A DNA stretch of 25,385 bases. It comes from Chlamydiota bacterium. GTDB lineage: Bacteria > Auribacterota > JACPWU01. The notes below the pieces were generated by a model. It was not told where the DNA came from, searched no databases, and worked only from the letters and a program-made list of their open reading frames with translations. Position 1 is the first letter of the stretch, and every line of letters begins with the position of its first letter. This document shows, one piece after another, positions 6,996-15,665 of this stretch. The DNA lies in assembly GCA_016196885.1 (NCBI GenBank), contig JACPWU010000015.1, positions 1 through 25,385 on the forward strand, given 5' to 3'. A program made the position numbers and the translations under genes.

Positions 6996-8753
6996 TTACC
7001 ATCCTCCCCCGCCACCCCCTCCAAATCCTCCTCCTGAAAAACCACCTCCTCCAAAACCACTGCCTCCAGACCAACCTCTGGAACTTGACGTTCTTGGAAC
7101 AGAAGTAAAAGTGCGGCTCGTCGTTGTGTTCATCCACAATAATCTTTGAGAGAAATAGGGCATGTTCCACGCACCCGCCCCTGCTGTGCGAAACCATTCT
7201 GGAGGCTGGGTATACAGATGCTCAAACACACGGGTCCATGATTTGGTTAAACCTAAACACATTGCAAAAGGAAGTAATTTTTCGAAAAGGGATTTGGTAT
7301 CCACTTTCTGAAACATCTCTTTTTCAGCCCTGGAAATGTATTCCTCCAAACCTTTAATCTCTTCTAGCGCAAGAACACCCTGTGCCGTTTTGCGCGGCAT
7401 GAAGCGGGCAAAAAGAATAAAGATGAGCCCAGACAAAAGACCCGCAATGAAAAGAGGCACACAAGGCAAAGTCAAAAACAAGATCTGAGGATGATAAATT
7501 CCTATGAAAAAAAACAGCAATCCGAGCCCTGCAATCAGATATCCTCTTGCCTTATACCGCCCCCTCACCGTTTTGGGAGAAGCTACAAAATACCCGCCCC
7601 TAACCAATTCCTCATAAATAGCATTTTGAATATTCTCCAAATGTAAATAAAGCCGATTTTGTAGTGACGAAAGTTTCCGCTCATTTCCTTCTGAAAATAA
7701 TACTTTCAATAAAATTTCTTCATGCCTTTTCAAAAGAAGTCCGTCTGCCTTGTCTGTTTTTCGAAAAACAAAGTCATCATCCGCGACTTCTGAAATGCTC
7801 AAATATCCTCTCACAGCTAAATCAACTAAGGTCGCGGTCACATCTCGTAAATCTGCCCTTTCGTCAATCAATGTTCCTACTTCTCCCGGTGTCATCCCTT
7901 TAGGAGGTTCATATGAAACAGCTATCGTACCTCGCCCTTGAGGATCTCGTCCCCTTTTTCTCCAGCTCATCCAGAGAAATAGAAAAGTTAAAACGGGAAT
8001 TCCATAAGGCCAATTGTCTTCCAAGAACCAGAACATCCTCTTCAAAAAATAAGGTCTTTTTAAAATACCTTTGGGTACACCCAAAACAATCGTCAATCCC
8101 TCATACCGAACCAATCGCCTACGAGCCCGATACAAAAGAGTGCGAGGATTTTCTTTTTGAATATCTACAGCAGTTCCATCTTGATTTTCATAAAGATTCC
8201 TTGTTCCATAAACACCCAAAAAAGCGGTGGAGGACAAATCCGTCTCACCCGTATCTTGAGGTAAAGTAATACGTGCCTGCACATGGTTCATGAGAACAGC
8301 CCAATCATTGCCCGTTACATTCCAATAAAGTTCATCGTGGTCTTCAATAAACAATATTGCATTTTCAATGCTATATCGCAGGGTATAAAAAATAACGCCT
8401 TCTGTATAAGCACTGGGATTGCCAATCTTCACATAAAGCTGACCCTTCTGAAATGAAGTCCAGTAGCGATCATTACTTTGAGAGCTGGTGACAGACAATA
8501 ATTTTGTCCTCAAACGAAGCGTATGGCCCCAGCGGGTCTGGTTGCGCAGTGGAATGTAACGATAAATCCCATGATGCGGATCTCCTGAAAAATCAGCCGT
8601 TATTTTTTCCTCCACAACCATTCGCCCACTTTGCTCAAGCTCAATATGAACATCAAAATCACGAATGGACCAACCAAAAGTCTTTTGAGAAGCAAAGAAG
8701 TAAAACAGTAAGAAAATCAAGAGTGAAAATATTTTTTTCAAGATAATCTCCAT
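6996..8753 (-). CDS. DUF2207 domain-containing membrane protein
   Basis: The signal/TM sequence MEIILKKIFSLLIFLLFYFF is followed by the DUF2207 N-terminal pattern (IRDFDVHIELEQSGRMVVEEKITADFSGDPHHGIYRYIPL). There are internal TM helices and a Gly-rich tail GGSGFGGGGFSGGGFGGGGGGGW. The ORF is open to 8840, but those extra 29 codons run through REP-like hairpins, so ATG 8753 is preferred. Confidence 0.85.
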   Translation of the reverse strand: MEIILKKIFSLLIFLLFYFFASQKTFGWSIRDFDVHIELEQSGRMVVEEKITADFSGDPHHGIYRYIPLRNQTRWGHTLRLRTKLLSVTSSQSNDRYWTSFQKGQLYVKIGNPSAYTEGVIFYTLRYSIENAILFIEDHDELYWNVTGNDWAVLMNHVQARITLPQDTGETDLSSTAFLGVYGTRNLYENQDGTAVDIQKENPRTLLYRARRRLVRYEGLTIVLGVPKGILKRPYFLKRMFWFLEDNWPYGIPVLTFLFLWMSWRKRGRDPQGRGTIAVSYEPPKGMTPGEVGTLIDERADLRDVTATLVDLAVRGYLSISEVADDDFVFRKTDKADGLLLKRHEEILLKVLFSEGNERKLSSLQNRLYLHLENIQNAIYEELVRGGYFVASPKTVRGRYKARGYLIAGLGLLFFFIGIYHPQILFLTLPCVPLFIAGLLSGLIFILFARFMPRKTAQGVLALEEIKGLEEYISRAEKEMFQKVDTKSLFEKLLPFAMCLGLTKSWTRVFEHLYTQPPEWFRTAGAGAWNMPYFSQRLLWMNTTTSRTFTSVPRTSSSRGWSGGSGFGGGGFSGGGFGGGGGGGW

Positions 8754-8790
8754 AGAAAGGGTTGTAAAAGCTATTTGAAAAACAACATCC

Positions 8791-8878
8791 TTAACCCCTC
8801 CAACTCCCCTTAAATAAGGGGAGAGTAAAACGCACAGCAAGCAAACTCCCCTCTTATCTAAGAGGGGCTGGGGGAGTT
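8791..8878. repeat. G/C-rich REP-like double-hairpin module, copy 1
   Basis: Hairpin ctcccctt-aaat-aaggggag at 8804-8823. Hairpin cccctctta-tc-taagagggg at 8848-8867, nested in aactcccc...ggggagtt (8844-8878). A closely related pair lies at 23185-23271. Confidence 0.8.
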
Positions 8879-8887
8879 ACTTCATTT

Positions 8888-9439
8888 TCACGATAGACTC
8901 ACTTTCTGTGAAGCCACCTCACTTTGATTTTCCAATTGAAAAAATTCAAGCGCCCCAAAATGGCAGATTTTCGCGACCCATAGATTTGGAAATTGCGTGA
9001 TCAAAATATTAAAATCCCGAATCACGGCATTGTAATAACGCCGGGCGTTTTGAATCCTGTCTTCCGTTTCTGTCAATTGACGCTGCAGTTCTAGAAAAGT
9101 TGCATTGGCTTTAAGATCAGGATATTTTTCTGCCAGCATCACGATCGTCCTCACTTGACTCCCGAGAAGACCTTCCACGGGACCCCGCTCGCTCACTTGC
9201 TGAAGGCCTTGCGCCTTCCCCCTTAATTCCGTCACTTTTTCCAGTGTCCCTCGTTCATGCACCATATAACCTTGGACGCAAGAGACCAAATTGGGCACAA
9301 GATCATGGCGCCTCTTCAATTGAACTTCAATATCAGACCAAGCGCCCTGGGCCCTCTTTTTTAAGGACACCATGCGATTGTAGAGCCATATAAAACCGAT
9401 CAAAAGAGCGCCTAAAAAAGGCCAAATCCAACTTTTCAT
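8888..9439 (-). CDS. lemA: LemA family protein
   Basis: 183 aa with an N-terminal TM helix. Contains the LemA signature YNRMVSLKKRAQGAWSDIEVQLKRRHDLVPNLVSCVQGY..HERGTLEKVTELR. Located directly upstream of a DUF2207 gene, which is the usual pairing. Confidence 0.93.
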   Translation of the reverse strand: MKSWIWPFLGALLIGFIWLYNRMVSLKKRAQGAWSDIEVQLKRRHDLVPNLVSCVQGYMVHERGTLEKVTELRGKAQGLQQVSERGPVEGLLGSQVRTIVMLAEKYPDLKANATFLELQRQLTETEDRIQNARRYYNAVIRDFNILITQFPNLWVAKICHFGALEFFQLENQSEVASQKVSLS

Positions 9440-9588
9440 TCTCCTCCTGACTTTGAATTTCTTCTATGTCTGGCGAACCGAGTATAAAAAAGGCACCGAC
9501 TGTTTCCCGATTTTGATAAAAAATAAACTATACTTTACTTTTTATATAATATATACTGTGTTTTAATAATTATTGGGGTTTGGCTTTT

Positions 9589-10465
9589 ATGTTGTTTAAA
9601 AGAATCGCAACAGATCACATCCTCCCCTACCTAAGAACTAAGGGAAGTTCAAAGATTCTCTTGTAGGTCGCACCGTCTCCTTCGAAATTTTCAACCTCTC
9701 ATTTGAAGAATTTCTCACCTTTAAGAACATTCCTCATCCTCCACCTGCCTATACGGAAAAAAACTGCATGAATTGATTCTTCTCTACGAAGAATACGCCC
9801 GCTATGGGGGCTATCCTAAAATCGTGCTCACCCCTGATATCGCCATGAAAGAGAAATATATCCAACAAATCATTGACACCTACATTCGTAAAGACATCCG
9901 CGATTTAGCAGCTATCCGAGACATCACCAAATTCAACAAGTTGCTTGAGGCAGTGGCCTCCCAAAGCGGACAAATGCTGAATGTCTCTGAGATGGCGAAC
10001 ACCCTTGGTATCAGCAAACAGACGATTGAAGATTATTTGTTTCTCCTTGAAGAGACATACATTCTACGCCTCATTCGGCCCTATAGCAAAAATATCCGGT
10101 CGGAATTAACCAAAATGCCCAAAATATTTTTCCATGACACGGGGCTCATGCAAATGCTCTGGCTAAAGGAACTTCCCAAGGAAATTCTTGGACAAGTCTT
10201 TGAAACCAGCGTGTTTGCAGAATTGGCTAAAAAATACGGATCCTCTAACATCAACTACTGGAGAACCCTGGACAAAAGGGAGATCGATTTCATTGTTCAA
10301 ATCAAAGGAGAGTTACATCCCATTGAAGTCAAGCTCAATTTCTCCCAAGCTCATCTTGAACCGATTCGATACTTCTGTGACAAATATCATGTCGGAGATT
10401 TTAAAATTGTAGGTTTGAGAGGATCTCCCCAAAACAAATCCTACATCTATCCTTGGCAAATCTAA
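9589..10465 (+). pseudogene. Decayed COG1373-type AAA+ ATPase (DUF4143 family)
   Basis: ATG 9589 gives MLFKRIATDHILPYLRTKGSSKILL and then TAG (9664-9666). The next frame reads GRTVSFEIFNLSFEEFLTFKNIP, the post-ATPase motif of this family, so the Walker-A/ATPase core between ILL and GR is missing. A further frame change at an A7 run (9757-9763) leads into the intact DUF4143 part (9773-10465: YEEYARYGGYPKIVL ... ISKQTIEDYLFLLEETYIL ... FFHDTGL). Confidence 0.75.
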
Positions 10466-10519
10466 AATCTTTCAAATTTTTCTGGCATCCCCTCCATAAC
10501 ATGAGTAGAATGCGTTCCT

Positions 10520-11080
10520 ATGCCTATTAAGTCAGACCGTTGGATTAAAAAGATGTCTTTAGAAGAAGAGATGATCTCTCCTTTCGAAGAAAAGCAGGTT
10601 CGAAACGATGTCATTTCTTTTGGGCTTTCCTCTTATGGCTATGATATCCGGATTTCCAATCAATTTAAAATTTTCCAAAGATCAGAAAAAGAGACATTCA
10701 TTGATCCTAAAAACTCGTCTCACTTAAATTGGAAAGACCATGAGGGAAATGACTGTATTGTTCCTCCCCATAATTTTGTTTTGGCTAGAACCGTAGAAAG
10801 ATTCAAAATCCCGAGAAGAATTTTAACTTTATGTGTGGGAAAATCCACCTACGCCCGATGTGGTATTTTGGTCAATGTCACCCCTTTTGAACCTGAATGG
10901 GAAGGCTACCCTACTTTGCAAATTTCAAATATTACCAACATCCCCGTGAAACTTTATGCAAATGAAGGGATCGCTCAAGTGATTTTTTTTGAAAGTGATG
11001 AGAATTGTTTGATTTCTTATGCAGATAAAAAAGGAAAATATCAGGATCAGAAACAGGAAATTACATTGCCGAGGATATAA
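10520..11080 (+). CDS. dcd: dCTP deaminase
   Basis: 186 aa, collinear with the short Dcd type (as recalled for Helicobacter). Shared motifs include [69 protein letters not shown] and [17 protein letters not shown]. Confidence 0.95.
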   Translation: MPIKSDRWIKKMSLEEEMISPFEEKQVRNDVISFGLSSYGYDIRISNQFKIFQRSEKETFIDPKNSSHLNWKDHEGNDCIVPPHNFVLARTVERFKIPRRILTLCVGKSTYARCGILVNVTPFEPEWEGYPTLQISNITNIPVKLYANEGIAQVIFFESDENCLISYADKKGKYQDQKQEITLPRI

Positions 11081-11082
11081 TC

Positions 11083-11143
11083 AGTCGTGAGTGGTGAGGG
11101 GTGAGTCGTGAGTAAAAACCTTAAAAACTAACGACTCACGACT
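11083..11143. repeat. Heptamer word run (gtcgtga gtggtga ggggtga gtcgtga) with inverted partner; hairpin after dcd
   Basis: Four 7-nt units span 11084-11111. The sequence agtcgtgagt (11104-11113) pairs perfectly with actcacgact (11134-11143). It shares a 15-mer with 3450-3464. Confidence 0.8.
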
Positions 11144-11150
11144 AAAAAAT

Positions 11151-12557
11151 ATGGAAACTCTAGAATCCCCTTTCACAAAAATTTTCAAGCGCGATGGGTC
11201 CACTGCCTCTTTTGATATGGATCGCATTGTCGAAGCTATTTTTAGCGCTGCTCAGGCCGTTGGCGGTAAAGATCGCTCGACTGCCCTCCAATTAGGTCAG
11301 CAGGTGATGGATCGCCTTCAAACGAGATTTCCTCCAGGCAAAGTTCCTACGGTCGAGGAAATTCAAGACATTATTGAAAAAACTTTAATTGAGGGAGGAC
11401 ATGCTAAAACGGCTAAGGCCTTTATTATCTATCGCCAGAAGCGCAAGGAAGTCCGAGAAACGCACTCTTCTTTCCTGGCCATTGAAAAAACGGTAGATCA
11501 ATACATCGAAGGAATGACCACAACCCCTCTTCAAGCAACATTCCCCGGCCTCGTTCAACATGTGTCCGACCGAGTGCTTAAACATTATGCCTTGAATAAA
11601 GTTTATTCCCCTCAAGTGAGCGAAGCCCATCGGGATAAACTTATTTTTATTCATGACCTCGAAAGCGCCATTGCCGGAAATGCAATTGAACTAGATCTCA
11701 TCACGGCAACACCTCTTTATCTAAGAACCATTTTGGAAATCAGGAGAGAATGGGCAAATCGCATCATTTTAAGGAACCCTGTTTCTACTCAGAATCTCAC
11801 CCCCTACTTATTTCCAGATCATAAGAAGCAAGTTTATATTTTTCAGGAAACACCCTCGGCAGCACCAGAGGAGGAAAAGTCATTTGGCTTCATCACAGGA
11901 GCCCAGAATATTTCGCACAATATTTCACGAGCGAAGATCATTCTCTCTCCAAAAGATAAAAGTTTGATTCTCGGAATTATTCCTACTCAGCAAACGCTGG
12001 ATATTCCTCAAACAAACGTGGGCACTGTAAGTTTAAACTTGAAGAAGATGGCTGAAGGTGCGGCTTCTCAAAAAGATTTCTTCCATACCTTAGAACATGT
12101 TCTGATCCTTTCGAAACAAGCCCTTTTGATCAAAAAGAAAGTCTTTGAACAAAATTTCAATCAAGGAATGTTTCCTCATACACAAGCGGTCTCAAATTTC
12201 AAAACCCGCGGATTTTTATCAATAGGATTGTGTGGAATTTTTCAAGCTTCAGAAAATTTATGTTATGAAGAACGCCCTGTGCACAAAATTCTCTCCCGAG
12301 CAAAAGAGATTTTGGCATTTACCCAAAAAACTTTAAAAACCTTTTCAGAAGAAACCTTGCAGCCTTTCAGTTTAGACTTTATTTCTGCCACCTCTTGCCC
12401 TTTTTATGAGAAGGCACCTGAAAAATTGACGCAGTCCATTCTTTCCCATCCTGAATTGTCTCCTTGGACCCCCGTTTACGAAAATATCTTTAAAGTTGTA
12501 AGTCCCACACTCAAAAACGAGGCTTTCCTCGCCTGGCTTTTACCGGAATATTCTTAA
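11151..12557 (+). CDS. ATP-cone domain protein with degenerate class III ribonucleotide reductase (NrdD-like) body, lacking the radical machinery
   Basis: The N-terminal ATP-cone reads FKRDGSTASFDMDRIVEAIFSAA ... TVEEIQDIIEKTLIEGGHAKTAKAFIIYRQKR. NrdD-like blocks are HRDKLIFIHDLE, NVGTVSLNLKKMA and FLSIGLCGIFQA. At only 468 aa it has no finger-loop Cys block, no C-terminal Zn ribbon and no RVCGY-type glycyl-radical motif. Confidence 0.7.
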   Translation: METLESPFTKIFKRDGSTASFDMDRIVEAIFSAAQAVGGKDRSTALQLGQQVMDRLQTRFPPGKVPTVEEIQDIIEKTLIEGGHAKTAKAFIIYRQKRKEVRETHSSFLAIEKTVDQYIEGMTTTPLQATFPGLVQHVSDRVLKHYALNKVYSPQVSEAHRDKLIFIHDLESAIAGNAIELDLITATPLYLRTILEIRREWANRIILRNPVSTQNLTPYLFPDHKKQVYIFQETPSAAPEEEKSFGFITGAQNISHNISRAKIILSPKDKSLILGIIPTQQTLDIPQTNVGTVSLNLKKMAEGAASQKDFFHTLEHVLILSKQALLIKKKVFEQNFNQGMFPHTQAVSNFKTRGFLSIGLCGIFQASENLCYEERPVHKILSRAKEILAFTQKTLKTFSEETLQPFSLDFISATSCPFYEKAPEKLTQSILSHPELSPWTPVYENIFKVVSPTLKNEAFLAWLLPEYS

Positions 12558-12604
12558 AATTTCGGATTGAAAAAACCCAGCCCTGTGGTATTCTAGTCCC
12601 CATT

Positions 12605-14098
12605 ATGGACGTTTTGAAGACACTGTTTGTCATTGTTTACTTCGGCATTTTAGTCATTCTGGCCATTTATGGCTGTCATCGCTATTATTTGGTCTATCTT
12701 TATTACCGATATAAGAAAAACATACACAAGCCTCTCAAATCTTTTGAATCCCTTCCCAAGGTTACAGTTCAACTGCCTGTTTACAATGAAATGTACGTGG
12801 TTGAAAGATTGATTCGAGCCGTTTGCAAACTTCGTTATCCCAAGGAGCTTCTTGAGATTCAAGTCCTGGACGATTCAACAGATGAGACACAGTATATTGC
12901 ACAAGAGCTCGTTAAGAAATTCAAAGAAAAAGGGTTTTTAATTTCGCATTTGCATCGTTCGAATCGCTCGGGCTTTAAGGCAGGGGCTTTGGCTGCAGGT
13001 TTGAAAGTAGCTCAAGGGGAGTACATCTATATTTTTGATGCCGATTTTGTCCCCAAACCAGACATGATTGAAGAAACCATTCATTTCTTCACCGACCCCA
13101 AAATCGGCATGGTGCAGGTCCGTTGGGACCATCTGAACCGGGATTATTCTATGTTAACTCAAGTGCAGTCTATTTTATTGGACGGCCATTTTGTGATCGA
13201 GCATACGGCCCGCAATCGCTCAGGACGATTTTTCAATTTTAATGGCACAGCAGGCGTTTGGCGTAAAGAGGCCATTATCTCAGCAGGGGGCTGGCATCAC
13301 GATACCCTGACAGAGGATTTGGATTTGTCTTACAGGGCTCAGCTGAAGGGATGGAACTTTGTTTATCTCCCAGACGTTGTCTCCCCCGCAGAACTCCCCG
13401 TAGAAATGAATTCTTTCAAATCGCAACAGCATCGCTGGGTCAAGGGCTCGATTCAAACCGGAAAAAAATTGCTTGGAAAAATCTGGAAGAGCCCTCTTCC
13501 CCTGGGGAGCAAAATCGAAGCGACTTTTCATTTGACAAACAATCTCTCGTATCCCCTCATGATTATTTTATCTTTCTTACTGCTCCCTGCCATGTTCATT
13601 CGATTCGAGGGGGGATGGGAACATTTGGTCTTTATTGATGCGCCTCTGTTCATCGCATCCTTTCTTTCAATCAGCCTTTTTTACATTTGTTCGCAAAAAG
13701 AAATTGATGAATCCTGGTTAAAGAAATTAAAATACATTCCTTTTGTAACTTCTCTGGGGATTGGCCTTTCCATCAACAACGCCAGGGCCGCAATGGAGGC
13801 CCTGTTCAATCAAAAAAGTTCATTTCAGAGAACCCCGAAACATGGAGTCAACTCGCGACAAGATAATTGGAAAGGCAAAAAATATCGTGCCAAGAAAACA
13901 AAATACGCCTGGATAGAATTGTTTCTGGGTCTTTACTTCACAGGCGTGACTCTTTTTGCCTTGGACACGGGTCGCTTCATCATGGTCCCCTTTCTCGCCC
14001 TCTTTCAAATTGGCTATCTCTACACCTGGTCTCTCAGTTTATTTCAGGAAAAGAAAAAACCTGCAGAGGTGTTCATCTCCAGACCTGCGGAGGCTTAG
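12605..14098 (+). CDS. Family 2 glycosyltransferase, processive CslA/cellulose-synthase-like membrane synthase
   Basis: 497 aa with an N-terminal TM helix. GT2 motifs are QLPVYNE, LDDSTDET, FDADF, TEDLDLS and the processive-synthase motif QQHRW. Several C-terminal TM helices. I saw no PilZ domain. Confidence 0.88.
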   Translation: MDVLKTLFVIVYFGILVILAIYGCHRYYLVYLYYRYKKNIHKPLKSFESLPKVTVQLPVYNEMYVVERLIRAVCKLRYPKELLEIQVLDDSTDETQYIAQELVKKFKEKGFLISHLHRSNRSGFKAGALAAGLKVAQGEYIYIFDADFVPKPDMIEETIHFFTDPKIGMVQVRWDHLNRDYSMLTQVQSILLDGHFVIEHTARNRSGRFFNFNGTAGVWRKEAIISAGGWHHDTLTEDLDLSYRAQLKGWNFVYLPDVVSPAELPVEMNSFKSQQHRWVKGSIQTGKKLLGKIWKSPLPLGSKIEATFHLTNNLSYPLMIILSFLLLPAMFIRFEGGWEHLVFIDAPLFIASFLSISLFYICSQKEIDESWLKKLKYIPFVTSLGIGLSINNARAAMEALFNQKSSFQRTPKHGVNSRQDNWKGKKYRAKKTKYAWIELFLGLYFTGVTLFALDTGRFIMVPFLALFQIGYLYTWSLSLFQEKKKPAEVFISRPAEA

Positions 14099-14167
14099 AC
14101 TTTATTTGATGCCTGTCATAAGGTTTTTCTCCCCCCTCTTAAGTTAACCCAAAATGACTCATGATGA

Positions 14168-14284
14168 CTTGTAGTCACCCGATTTATCGGGCAATGCCCA
14201 ATGCCCCAATGTCATAGACCGCCCCATAAATGGGGCGACTACAAGGGTGATTTTCATTCCCCTTTGTGCCGACCTCAGTCGGCA
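14168..14284. repeat. Nested hairpin cluster in the GT2/lpxK spacer
   Basis: The outer stem cttgtagtc (14168-14176) / gactacaag (14237-14245) encloses hairpins cccga-ttta-tcggg (14178-14191) and gcccca-taaa-tggggc (14221-14236). It also encloses the words caatgcc caatgccc caatgtc. This is followed by hairpin gccgac-ctca-gtcggc (14269-14284). Confidence 0.75.
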
Positions 14285-14285
14285 T

Positions 14286-14460
14286 GAATGTTTCTCATCA
14301 GATTTCGTCACGAGTCCGCCTAAGGTGGATTGGATGCGAGGAAGACGCTCCGTGCCATGCGAGGCATACTTTGCAGTATGTTGAGCGTGGCTGACCTCTC
14401 TTGCGACGCCAGACGAGGCAGAATTGGCGCTCGCAGCAGAAATGTGATGAGAAATGCGGA
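14286..14460. repeat. Long-hairpin (MITE-like) repeat element, copy 2
   Basis: Same orientation as copy 1. It shares the blocks ttggatgcgaggaagacgctccg, gccatgcgaggcatacttt, cagtatgttgagcgtggc and tcgcagcagaaatgtgatgagaaatgcgg. The apex is catact-ttgc-agtatg at 14365-14380. The terminal IR is tttctcatca (14291-14300) / tgatgagaaa (14445-14454). The left tip is degenerate relative to copy 1. Confidence 0.85.
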
Positions 14461-14546
14461 CTAGACCCTTTAAAATCCAATCGCTTTTTTAGCTCTAAAA
14501 TGTTATGCTACCCAAATTGTCTCAAAATAAATTTTAAAGTATATTT

Positions 14547-15665
14547 ATGCAACGTATTGAAGATAAAGTAGTTAGGATTATTCGAGGGGATGCCGAAGGG
14601 AAATGGGCCCAGGGGGCTCGGGGCTTCCTTTTTTGCCTTTCTAAGGTTTATGAAGCAGGGGTGAGGTTTAGGCTTTGGATGTTTCGGCAGCGTCTCTTTC
14701 GCCGGGCGATTTTGGGCTGTCCTGTGATCAGCGTGGGAAATATCACGGTGGGAGGAACGGGAAAGACTCCTGTGGTAGAAATGTTAGGTCGTGCCTTGAG
14801 TCAAGGTGGAAGGAAAGTAGCAATTCTAAGCCGAGGTTATAAAAAGAGAAGGAGATTTTTTCGGGCTTCAAAATTGACAGGCCTTGTCTCGGATGGCAAG
14901 AAAATCGAGATGAACTCGAAAGAGGCAGGGGATGAACCCTATATGTTGGCCCGAAATTTGGATGGGGTTTCTGTGCTCGTGGATAAAAATCGCGTGAGAT
15001 CTGGAACCTTGGCGATTCAAAAATTAGGGGTGGATGTTTTACTTTTGGACGATGGCTTTCAGTATTTACCCATTCAGAAAACCCATGAAATTTTACTCAT
15101 TGATTGCACCAATCCCTTTGGATATGGGCATCCCCTCCCTCGAGGACTTCTCAGGGAGCCTGTTGAAGAACTCTCCCGGGCCAATTTCATTTTCTTAACC
15201 AAGGCTGAAAAGGTTTCAGACACGGCCTTCATTCGAAACGAAATTAAAAAGGTGGCACCCCACTCGGAAATTTTAGAATGCATGCACGATCCTAAATATT
15301 TGGTAGATTTACGGACCGAGGAGAAAATTCCTCTCGAGTTTCTAAAGTCTAAAAAAATAGGTGCCCTTTCAGCCATTGCGATTCCAGAAGGGTTCGAAGA
15401 TACCTTGAGGAGATTGAGTGCTGAAATTGTTATTTCCTCTCGCTTTCGAGATCATCATCGCTATCGTAGACGTGAGTTGAAGGAGGTTTTGGCCGAGGCC
15501 AAATCGAGAGGCGTTGATACGATTGTGACGACAGAAAAGGATGCAGTGAGAATTCCATCGTTTCATCTCGATGGAATTCGAATGCTTTTTTTAAGGGTGG
15601 AAATTAAAATCATCAAGGGCGCTGCGGATTTCAACGATTTTGTACACAATATTTGTTATTACTAA
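14547..15665 (+). CDS. lpxK: Tetraacyldisaccharide 4-prime-kinase LpxK
   Basis: 372 aa. Contains the P-loop context VISVGNITVGGTGKTPVVEMLGRAL ... VAILSRGYK and DDGFQ, which are LpxK hallmarks. Confidence 0.93.
   Translation: MQRIEDKVVRIIRGDAEGKWAQGARGFLFCLSKVYEAGVRFRLWMFRQRLFRRAILGCPVISVGNITVGGTGKTPVVEMLGRALSQGGRKVAILSRGYKKRRRFFRASKLTGLVSDGKKIEMNSKEAGDEPYMLARNLDGVSVLVDKNRVRSGTLAIQKLGVDVLLLDDGFQYLPIQKTHEILLIDCTNPFGYGHPLPRGLLREPVEELSRANFIFLTKAEKVSDTAFIRNEIKKVAPHSEILECMHDPKYLVDLRTEEKIPLEFLKSKKIGALSAIAIPEGFEDTLRRLSAEIVISSRFRDHHRYRRRELKEVLAEAKSRGVDTIVTTEKDAVRIPSFHLDGIRMLFLRVEIKIIKGAADFNDFVHNICYY

Noticed and set aside
9440-9588. AT-rich divergent spacer between lemA and the ATPase remnant as a small RNA or promoter feature
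   Set aside because: Only generic AT-richness is present. The candidate -35/-10 hexamers have the wrong spacing, and no hairpin or repeat words are present.
10520-11080. dCTP deaminase as a nucleotide-depletion anti-phage defence gene
   Set aside because: The protein is 186 aa and collinear with housekeeping Dcd. The defensive dCTP deaminases described so far carry an additional large N-terminal domain. There is nothing defence-like in the flanks.
13351-13638. Numerous 60-140-aa ORFs overlapping or antisense to the large GT, lpx, tol and DUF genes throughout the track
   Set aside because: All are nested within longer ORFs that carry strong family motifs, and none shows an RBS or recognisable domains.
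14298-14480. 60-aa ORF on the minus strand
   Set aside because: It lies entirely inside copy 2 of the long-hairpin repeat. The equivalent frame is not open in copy 1, so it is a by-product of the repeat sequence.
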